64,000 bases of DNA from Balanoglossus misakiensis. Lineage: Eukaryota > Animalia > Hemichordata. Both the position numbers and the translations under genes were made by a program. Location of the stretch: assembly GCA_040954595.2 (NCBI GenBank), contig CM082577.2:18326303-18390302 (forward strand), read 5' to 3'. The notes below the pieces were generated by a model, which had not been told where the DNA came from, did no database searches, and worked only from the letters and a program-made list of their open reading frames with translations. Of this stretch, positions 51,089 to 60,451 are shown one piece after another; within the stretch, counting starts at the first letter, position 1, and every line of letters starts with the position of its first letter.

Positions 51089-53322
51089 TCAGATCTGGTA
51101 CAGACGGCGGGCGTTTTCGGCCGTCTGCGCCAACAGCTGGCGAGTAGAGGTACCTCGCAGTCTGGCTACCTCAAGTGCTACGTCCCCAAGGAAGGCTGGA
51201 GTATTCATCCTCTGGGACTCCCACACGCGTCTGCTGGGCGACTCGGTCTCCACTAAGATCCGGTCCTCCGAGATAGCCTGCATGGCTTCAATCTGTCGCT
51301 CATCAAACTGGCGGACGGCTGCCGAGAACCCAAAATAGGTCTCGGGGAAGTACCGCCGCCAGTCTCCCACGGTCTCCATACATCCTCGGAAATCCCGGAG
51401 GTGGATCTGCTGGCGCTCGTCGCAGTGCCTGGTCATGGTTAGTAGAGTCCAGGCTGCCGTGTGTCGGTCATACCTGTCGTTGGAGGTTCCCCGGGCGGTG
51501 ATGACTACTGGCTTCCTTCCCGGGTTCATGGTTAACAGGTCTTCGAAGACCCTATCTTGGCCTTCCCAGGTGGAGGGGTCTTCCGTCCGGTCAAGTCCGA
51601 TGTCCCCTAGTGCGGCCACGTCTGGGCGCCTCAGAAGATTGCCGAGGGTCTGGCGTTGATCCTTGGTCATGTATGGTGCCACTCGTGGGTTAACTCCAAG
51701 GGCTATTGGAAAATCTTTTTCCCCCGGCAGCGGGTCCGGGTACCGATCCGGCTCAGAGAATACTTGTAGCCCTCCGAGGAGCCGGATTCGATAGTCTGGA
51801 AGGACACCAACATCGTAGTCAGTGAGGTCTTGTGGAGTTGTTGGAGCGTCCTCCACCCTACATTTCTCGGCGCAGGCCTGAGGGTAGAAGCAGGCATCGA
51901 TTCCCCCGGGTGTGGATGGGTCCCGGGCTGCTGTTTCGGGTGGCTGTGTCCGGGTTGCTGCTGGTCTCCGGGGCGGTTGGATTCTCCAGAACTCGTCCTG
52001 ACGCGCTTGTGATACCCATCTGAGCAACACGCTCAGCACGCGCCAGTGGATGAGGATCGCTGGCGTGGTGGGGGGGTTCAGCGGGAACTTGTTTGGTACT
52101 TCCCACCCCTGAAACACACACAGGCGCTTCATCATAACGATGCTCTCGGGCGAGCACAGGGATTCCGAAGGGATTTTTCCGGGTCCACCCCTACGAATGA
52201 ACAGATCCAACAGGTCGGGTATCTCTTTCCCGGGACCACATAGCCAGTAGGTCAGCTTTTCCAAAGCCTCCACCGCGTCCCGCTCGCGGAATACCTCTGG
52301 CCTCTCAACAAACAGTTCGGGAAGGTGACGGTGAAATACATGTTTCTTCAACTTCCGTGTTGACATCCGGCATCCCGGGAATGGACATGGAGAGGGGCCA
52401 TACGAGTAGCGTGGACCAGGGGGTGGGGAGTTTCTTCGGGTCGGCCTGGTGCTCCTCCATCGGTGTTCCTCCATCGGTGTTCGGTTTGTCTGGGCGGTTC
52501 CGGCGTTGGGTACCGGATAGGTGAACGACACCTGGGGCTGAGGTCTCCCCAGCGCGAATGGGATGGTCGTTCGCGGGAAGGCGGGCGGTCCCGCCTCTCC
52601 TCTCTAGCACGACCCGGTCGAGGCGACCGGGTTGGGGATCTGGACCTAGTGGGGAATCCGAGAAATTCCCGGAGATCCCAGGGGATATCGATTTCCCCCA
52701 CCTCCGACATCTCCTCCGGCGCTATAGGCCGGATCAACGGCTGCAGCGGTAGCGTCTCCTGGCGTGGGGGTGGTGGCTCCTGCAGAAACGGTCGGCCACT
52801 TTCTGCTCTTGGGGGTGATCCGTGGGTGGGGGGTGGTTCTGGCCCCTCCAACACCTCCATCGCCTGGTCTTTGTCGCCACCGAGTACCTGTCTCTCCTGC
52901 TGTGGGTCCGGGAAGATGCTGAGGGTTTCTTCCTGGTCGTCAGCTGCGGTGGTGGTTCTGGGGAGCTCTTGCAAAGAAAGACTGCCGACGAACCCTCCCC
53001 GTACTCGGCCTAGGTTGAACTCCCGGGGGACTGTGGTTTTCAGGGCTGTGGTGCGACTCTTCATGGCTATGTCGGGCGCGGGCAGATGGGCGTTAACTTT
53101 TTCCTCTCCGTAGATCCGGATGGCCTCCTCCCGTGCGATGGACATCCACCCCACGTCCCCAATTACGGTGGCCACTTGGAAGTGCTCGTGGAGCATTTCG
53201 AACATGGTGTCCTCGTCCATGCCGAGGTCTCTCAACCGGGGGATCACACTGATGGGGTCCAAGAGTTTCCCCTTGCCACATCGGAAACGGATGTCCTCCA
53301 ATTGACGTTGATTTGAATCCAT
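51089..53322 (-). pseudogene. Accessory ORF (~739 aa when repaired): helical N-terminal domain, Pro/Arg-rich linker, C2H2-like finger, conserved helical domain, TatD-like amidohydrolase fold
   Basis: ORFs 52348-53322 and 51089-52531 join in frame if the 14-bp tandem duplication CCTCCATCGGTGTT (52454-52481) is removed. TatD-like motifs ALGDIGLD, KPVVITAR, YFGFS, RILVETESP, TAENARRLY. Confidence 0.85.
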
Positions 53323-53369
53323 TCTGGGGGGGGGGGCAAAAAGAAAAGAAAGAAAATTAACGGTTAGTG
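53323..53369 (-). promoter_or_regulatory. Splice acceptor immediately upstream of the accessory ORF
   Basis: CACTAAC branch point, ~30-nt polypyrimidine tract, then CAG|A ATG. Confidence 0.75.
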
Positions 53370-53434
53370 GGTCCTCGTCGGTAACGAGTCATAGTCCTAC
53401 CCGATGGCAATTTCCCCTTTTTCCCTCTGTTCCC

Positions 53435-56400
53435 TTACTCATCGGTTCCCTCCCCCACGCAGTTCGGACAGTGAAAGGGGTCTGTCGATTTGACCTGTTT
53501 TGGGGAGAGATTGACGCAGGTGCTGTGAAACCAGTCGTAACAGCTGTCACACTGGACCATCAGCTTCCCGGTGTCCGGCCCACGGCAGACACAGTATGTC
53601 TGCCCCCGGTCTTTGTCCTGCGTGTCAGGATCCCCACCCTTCAGGGGTAGTGACCTCTTGAATTTAACTATCCAGCTGGGCAGTTGCGCGTCCCTGCACA
53701 GCTTCATTCTGTCGTGGTTTGCGGTGGCCATGCGTCTCGGAAATTTCACCCGGTACAAGTATGGCGATAGTTTCGCTATCACTATTCCTGGTCCTTTCCA
53801 TGGTGGGCTTAGTTTTTTACACTTCCCTCTCACGGTCGCTGAGTCCAGAAGGTAGACGGGGTCTCCGACTTCATATGAACTGAGACGGGCCTTCAAGTCG
53901 TAATCTCGCTTCATTCTTTCCTGGGTGACAACAGTTTTTCCCGAGCGAGCTCATGGGCTTCCTTCATGGTGCTTCCCAGGTTGCTCGCATATTCTTCAGG
54001 GTCTTGGGCTGGCGCTGGTTTCCCGAAGACCAGGTCGGCCGGTTGGTTCACTTCCCGCCCCAGCATAAGGCGATTAGGTGTGAATCCGGTATTTCGGTTT
54101 ACGGAGGTCCGAATGGCTCCGGCGATTTGGGGTAGGAATTTGTCCCACTCGTTCTGTTTGCCCTGGACGAAACAGCGAACTGCATCCATGAGGGTCCGAT
54201 TTTGCCGTTCCACCTGGCCGTTCGCGGACGGGCGGTACGGCGTGGTCCTAGCCTTGTGTATTTGGAGCAATTCGCATACTGACTGGAACAGCTGACTTTC
54301 GAAATTACTGCCTCTGTCGGTGAATATCTCAAATGGACATCCGAATCGAGAAAAGAATTCCCCTACGGCTGCCGTAGCGGTCACCTCTGCCGTTTGGCTA
54401 GGTAGTGGAATGCACTCTACCCATTTGGTGAATTGGTCGACCATGACTAGGATATATTCGTTTTTTCGGGGTGTCCGGGGCAGTGGTCCAAGAAAGTCCA
54501 GATGTACCCTTTCCATTGGCGATCCCACGTGGTACCGGGTCAGGGGGCACCTCGCATGCCGCTGTGGTTTCTTGTGCTTGTTGCAATCGTTGCATGAGGC
54601 TACGAAGCTGCGGACATCATCTGCCATCCGATGCCAGTGGTACTTCATCTGGAGTCTGGCCAGCGTCCATTGCACGCCCTGGTGTCCTGCCGAGGGGATT
54701 GCGTGATTCAGTTCAATTACTTCCGATATCATTTTTCTGGGGATGACCAGTTTTCCTTCGCCCTCGTCCTCGGATTTCCTCCGGAGTATTGGCATCTTCG
54801 GGTCCACATAGTATATTTCTCGGTTTATCCAGGCATTTTTTGCGGCGGGGCTGAGTAGTGCCAATGCGCTCTCTGCGGGAGTTTGGCCAGTATTCAGCCA
54901 TTCCAGTATCGGCCGTAGATCGGCATCTTCCCGCTGTCGTCGGTATATGGTGTCCAGGGTTTCCCGCCACGGCGTCTCGATCTCTGGCGAGCTGCTCCTA
55001 GTCACCGTGCATATCTTGGGGTCCTCTTTTTCCGCCTGTGTATCTTCACCGGAGGTCGTGTCCTCTCCCCTGAAGTCTATTCCGATTGACTTTAGTATTT
55101 CGTCGAAATCGAATCCTTCCCCGGGGTCCTCCGGGGGGTCTGCGAGGTGGTCATTCGTCTCGTCGTCTTCGTTGCCTAGGTTTACCGCGCAGACGTCTTG
55201 TCTGATGTCTTTGGATGGTTGTGAGGCTAACGGTATTACTTCGTCTACCTTGGTCACGAAATCTCCCCAATTTCTGTGCGCTCGTTGGCAATAATCACAG
55301 CCGCCGCAGGGAAGTTCGTCCGGCGTAACGTTGTGACGGTAGTGTCGGCACTGCCCCTGCGGTTCGATTCGGGATAAGGCATCAGCGTTGAGGTGTTTGT
55401 TCTCAGGCCTATGCTGAACCGTCATGTTGTACTGGCTAAGTTCCTCCAACCATCGGGCCAATTGTCCTTGGGGTTCTTTAAACCCCAGCAACCAGGCCAG
55501 ACTGCTGTGGTCCGTCCGTATTATGAAATGGTTCCCCAGCAAGTAGTGTCGAAATAACCGGGTAAATCGTACTACCGCTAGGAGTTCTTTTCGGGTCGTA
55601 CAATACCTTGTTTGCTCGGGTGTTAGCGCGAAGCTGGCGTACGCGATTACTCGCTCCCCTCCATCCTGCACCTGGAGAAGTTCCGCTCCCACGGCAATGT
55701 CTGATGCATCCGTGTCCAATATGAACGGGTCTTTTGGGTTCGGTAATGTGAGTACCGGCGCTGATGTTAAGCGATCTTTTAACGCTTCGAAGGCCAGCTG
55801 TTGCTCTTCGCCCCACTTGAAAGGCTTTTTTCCCGTAACTGTGTACAGCGGGGCGGCCAACTTGGCATGATCCTTTATAAACGAGCGGTGATAGTTGGCT
55901 AAACCTGCGAAACGTTCCACCTCCTTGGTGTTTTTTGGCGTCGGCCAGTTGCGCACTGCGTCAACGGAACGCGGGTCCAGTCCTATTGTTCCTTTACGGA
56001 CAATCCGCCCCAGGAATTCCACTTCCGTCTGAAACAGCTCACACTTGCGGGGGCGTAGTTTCAACCTGTATTCTCGTATCCGGGTGAACACGTCCCGCAG
56101 ATTCTGGAGATGGTCAGCAAAGTCCGCCCCAAGTACCATGATGTCGTCTAAGAATGCAAATACTACCTCCCATGTCAGCCCACGCAGCACCAGATTCATG
56201 GCTCGCGAGTATGTGGCGGGGGCGTTGCACAGGCCGAAGGGCATGCGGGCGAATTCAAACAGTCCGTACTTTGTGGTAAAGGCGGTCTTCTTGCGGTCAT
56301 CTTTGTCCACTTGTATCTGCCAGTACGCTGAATTGGCATCTAGTTTCGAGAATCATTCATTCCCGGCCAGCGTGTCCATGCAGTCTTCGATCAGCGACAG

Positions 56401-57972
56401 GGGGAATACGTCTTTACGGGTCACGTTTTTCAGCGCCCGATAGTCAACGCACCAGCGGACGGTCCCGTCCCTTTTCCTTACCAATACCGGTGCCGATGCC
56501 CATTCCGATGTTGAGGGTTGGATTACCCCTGACCGTAACATTTTCTTGAGATGGGCTTCCTCCTCCCCCGCGAAACGCAGTGGGGTTCGGCGCATCCTCT
56601 GTTTCACTGGTCGTGCATCCCCCGTATCGATACCGTGCGCAAGGGCGGTGAAGTTCCCCAGGTCGTATTCATTTGCAGCAAAGACATCCTGGAACTCCAT
56701 AAGTAGCTCTTTCATTTCCTGTGACTGGTTCTCCGTCAGATTGGCTGCTGATTTCTCGGCCAATTCTCTCAAGTGGTCTGGGAGCTCGTCTTCGCCATGC
56801 GGTGAAGCTTCCGTGAGTAGTTCAACCTCGCTGACTGTGCCTGTGGCGATTTCGATGTCTTTGGTTAATGTCCGAAGAAGCTTTCCCCCGACTGCTGTTG
56901 CCACTACTGTTCCCGGCGGTATTGTGACGTTGTCATCGGTCGGGTTTATTAAACAGATGATTGGGGGTTGCCCCTTTTTACAGAATGTCCGGGGCATAAT
57001 GAGGTCACCTAGTTTCACGGGCTCCACTATGTAGTTGGGCATGTCCATGTCGATTGTCCCTGTCACCCTGGTCACGGAGTTCGGAGACAGGATAGTGCGT
57101 GGAGTGACTGATATGTTGGCCACGTGCGTCACAGCGGTCTGGTCCCCTTGCAGCAACGGGAGCCGCTGTTCTCCCACCTGGAGGGTGTTTTCTCTCATGT
57201 CGAGGATGACCTGCTTGGATCGAAGTTGGTCTATTCCCAACAGCATGGTGTCGCCTATGGGGCCCACATATATATTTTCTCGAAAGGCAGTGCTCCCCAA
57301 CTTCAGGTTCACTGGTCCAATTTTGAATCCTCTCATGGACGAGTCTCTTCCGGCTAGTTGTACTTTGACATCGTGTATTATAGGCGGTTTCGGCTCTAGG
57401 GTGTCGTACAGCCTGTCGGAAATTATTGTTATTTCTGCGGCCGTGTCTAGGACGGCGAGAACCTCGGTCCCCTCGACTTCTACGGTGACTTTGTACATTG
57501 AACTTGGGGAGATTTTACGGATGGTCACGCTGGGGGGAGCGGTGGTGTCGCTTTGGTGGCTAAGCTCGATGGACATTGCCGGTTGGGGCTGCTGATTGCC
57601 GTCACTGGCTGGCTCGTTCTCCGAGTTTTCGATCAGCACCTCTTCCCGGTCGACGAGATATAACAGCTCCCTCTCTGAATTCTCTTCCAGCGCTTCAGTC
57701 ATCACTGCCCCGAGTTCCTCAAATTGTCCAAGTTCGCCATCGGTTGCTTCTCCGTCCGAGCCATCGCTGTCTTCTGATTCGGAATCAGTTCCCGGTGGAC
57801 ATACCGGGGGTAAGTTGGCATTGCTGGCAGACGGATTACGGCTCCCGGTGGCTCTGTCTGTAATGTTATTTTCGTCTTCCTCCACTGGCTCCACATCCGC
57901 GTTCCTCATAAGGCCAATTCCGGTGACTTGGGTCGGGCTTAGGCTTCTGTGACCGACCCGTACCGGTTTAAC
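53435..57972 (-). pseudogene. Gypsy pol: protease, RT, RNase H, integrase, PHD finger
   Basis: LDTAAEITII, MPFGLCNAP, FLDD, DTDASD, HH-CC integrase finger, HLDFLGP/TDRG/VERQNR, WKGP, YCVC..CDSC..WFH..C..CPNC. In-frame TGA at 56353-56355 (Trp expected) and a frameshift near 53928. Confidence 0.95.
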
Positions 57973-59357
57973 TGGCATTGAAAGACACGCGTTTCTGTGG
58001 GGGTTCTGGCTTGGTGTCCGTTGACAGACGCGGACAGTCCTTTTTGAAGTGGCCTTCCTGACCACAGTGGTAACATCCGCGGCTCCTGGGGGATGGTGAT
58101 CGGCTGGTTGTACGGGGTCGGTTGCCCCAGTTCATACGAGTTAGCTGATTAGTGAGCATTTCTACAGCAGTGCCCAGTCCGGACATCTGCGTTTCCACCC
58201 GGGCTAGGTGTGACTCCATCCGTGACAGGCGTCTATCCATAACAGGACTGCCCTCACTGGGTCGGACCTTGGGTTCGGTTGAGGGTGTGTCGCGCTTCTG
58301 TCGTTGGGGGGTGGATGCTGACTGTACTCGAGCTATCTCCTCGGCTTCTGAATCAGAACTGAGTCGGCGCACTTCGCGTTTTGGTGAGCGGCCTCCGAAT
58401 ATCTCTTTGTTGTTGTACTGGTACCAGCGTATCTGGTCGATGGCTTTCTCCATGGTCTGGGGGCGCTGTGTGGCTGCATTCAATCCAGCCTCTCTGTCGG
58501 CACAGCCCTGGCAGACCTTAATGATCGCTTGCCTAATCATCGCTTCCCCATCGCCATCGGGATAAGCTTGTGCTGCCAGGATGAGAACTCTGTCTGCCCA
58601 CTCTTCCAGGGATTCTCCTGTGTTTTGTCGGGATTGATTGAACTTCATTTGAGCGGCCTCTGGGAGTTCACAGTACCCAAACCTTTTCTCCATTTTTCGG
58701 ATTACCTCTTCGTAGGTGATGTTTTTCCCGGGGCCGGCGAGTGTTGTGTAAAACATACTGGCCCTTCCGTCGAGGCACCAGCAAAGTTGGCTTTTCCGTT
58801 CCCGGGAGGTCCACGCTTCGATATCCGCGTACTGCGTGAACTTGGTATAAAATGCCTGTCAATTTCCTCCCCCATTGTATACTAACGTCTTCGGCAGGTT
58901 GACAGATAGTTGACGGTGGACAGGGTGATCTGTTTTCCTGCTTGGGGTGTCGACATTTTTAGGGAGAGTGGATGTCTGCGTAGTTGTCACTGCTGAGGCC
59001 CCAGTTCGGGCGTCCGGGCTCTGCGTCCCCAGTGCTGGTCCGGGATCAGACTGATATTGTGGTGCTGCCCCCCGATAGGGTGGTGGGGGGGGGTATAAGG
59101 TAGCGACTGTCGGGACTGTGGCTGCTGCCGGAAGTATGGACCCCAGTTGTACTGGTTGGCATCCACCTGTTGCTGTTGTTGTGGTTGGGGATAGGCGCCC
59201 CAATTGTATCCGCTGACGTCCAGCTGTTGTTGTTGTTGTTGAGGGTGTGGTCCCCAACGGTACTTGCTGGCGTCTGGTTGTTGTTGCTGGGGTTGTGGCG
59301 GATATGAGCCCCAGCTGTTTTTAACGTCTGTTTCCTTTTGACTCTGGCCATACTGGG
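57968..59357 (-). pseudogene. Gypsy gag, disrupted
   Basis: Gln-rich repeats, capsid-like RQNTGESLEEWADRV, knuckle CYHCGQEGHFKKDC. In-frame TGA at 58859-58861 and at least one frameshift. Confidence 0.85.
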
Positions 59358-59538
59358 TGTGTGTACTGAGACATTTGATTACTTTGTGAATGGCGCCCTC
59401 TGTGTCAAGAGGTGGGAGGTGGGTAGCCTCGTTTTGGAAAAAAGACGCCATCTTGTTTTGGGGTGTTATTGTCGATGTCGAGCATGGTCTGATGTGAATA
59501 AAGAGTCCATAGAAATACAGTTGTGTGTAGACGTTTCA
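59358..59538 (+). repeat. Putative 5' LTR of the second Gypsy
   Basis: Ends in CA just before the PBS and contains AATAAA and CGCCATCTT. The TG start at ~59358 is inferred from where the opposite-strand gag stops looking gag-like. Confidence 0.6.
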
Positions 59539-59539
59539 A

Positions 59540-59553
59540 TGGTGGCAGCGGTG
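59540..59553 (+). promoter_or_regulatory. Primer binding site, tRNA-Leu type
   Basis: TGGTGGCAGCGGTG is complementary to the 3' end of metazoan tRNA-Leu(AAG/TAG). It lies 1 nt after the LTR-terminal CA. Confidence 0.8.
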
Positions 59554-59559
59554 TAAACG

Positions 59560-60417
59560 ATGGCCAAAAAAGTAGAATATTTCACCGGGGAGGAGAGAGG
59601 AGAACTGGAACCTTGGTTGGATAGATTCGATGCTATCATTGAGGCAGAAGGTAAAGAGAACAAAGCTGCAGCAATAATACGCACGTGTTTGAAAGGAGAT
59701 GCAGCGACCGTAATCCAATTGCTGTCGGTAGATGACAAAAAGGACATAGATAAGATAAAGGTAGAGTTGAGAAAACATTTTGGATTGAAGAGAGATGAAT
59801 TGTCAGCACAGCGGGAATTTCATTGCCGTAAACTGGAATCCGGGGAGAGCATTGGGAAGTTCGTGCGTTCCCTAAGAAAGCTTGCAATTGAAGGATTTCC
59901 CAAATGCGTTGGTAGCGGATTAGACTCAATTATCAAAGGTCAGTTTATCGTCGGTCTTCCTAGGGAATTGGGCGACCAGTTATCTGTTGCCTTACACTAC
60001 AAAGTTGCCGAAGCGGAGTTAAGTGAGGTCGTGGATTTTGCCACGAACTGGCAAAAATATCAGACAAAGGAGAACACTATTTCTGTTGACAACGTCATGC
60101 AAGTAGGGGAGGTCGATACAACCGTAAGTAGTGTGGTACGCGAGGCTGTTGAATCTGCAATTTCAAGCTTAGAGCCAACAATTTCAGCAATGGTTAATGC
60201 GCAAGTTAATCGGGTGTACGGAAACCAGAGCAACCAACAAAGAGGTAGTGGTAGAACCAGTCGCTCATCAACAAGGCCTGCACAGACAACTGGTAAGTGT
60301 TTTGAATGTGGACGGTTCGGCCATTTTAGAAGAAACTGTCCTAATCGGTTCCAGTGTTTCAAGTGTCATCGTTACGGACATAAGGCAGCCAATTGTCCTG
60401 AATTTTACCCAAACTAG
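59560..60417 (+). CDS. Gypsy gag, 285 aa
   Basis: WLDRFD, GESIGKFVRSLRKLA, QFIVGL and two CCHC knuckles. Confidence 0.93.
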   Translation: MAKKVEYFTGEERGELEPWLDRFDAIIEAEGKENKAAAIIRTCLKGDAATVIQLLSVDDKKDIDKIKVELRKHFGLKRDELSAQREFHCRKLESGESIGKFVRSLRKLAIEGFPKCVGSGLDSIIKGQFIVGLPRELGDQLSVALHYKVAEAELSEVVDFATNWQKYQTKENTISVDNVMQVGEVDTTVSSVVREAVESAISSLEPTISAMVNAQVNRVYGNQSNQQRGSGRTSRSSTRPAQTTGKCFECGRFGHFRRNCPNRFQCFKCHRYGHKAANCPEFYPN

Positions 60418-60451
60418 TGGGAGGTCGGGGCGCTGGCCAGCCCTTGACCTC
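60408..60451 (+). promoter_or_regulatory. -1 ribosomal frameshift signal (gag-pol)
   Basis: C CCA AAC heptamer in the gag frame, a 6-nt spacer and the stem GAGGTCGGGG...CCTTGACCTC. pol is in the -1 frame. Confidence 0.8.

Larger units (their letters stand above)
47621..59357 (-). mobile_element. Ty3/Gypsy LTR retrotransposon with PHD-integrase and a TatD-like accessory ORF (5' part displaced by another Gypsy)
   Basis: Order on one strand: gag (CCHC), PR, RT, RH, IN, PHD, extra ORF, PPT, LTR. GC-rich throughout. Confidence 0.9.

Noticed and set aside
52463-53113. 216-aa plus-strand ORF and other antisense ORFs over Gypsy, piggyBac and Ngaro genes
   Set aside because: Shadow frames of GC-rich coding sequence with no recognisable domains.
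56353-58861. Two TGG-to-TGA stops as evidence of deaminase (APOBEC-like) editing
   Set aside because: Two events are too few, and a family consensus would be needed to test for G-to-A bias.
59358-59451. ATG at 59451 as the start of the minus-strand gag
   Set aside because: This stretch is probably the antisense of the second Gypsy's LTR, so the real gag 5' end should lie beyond that insertion.
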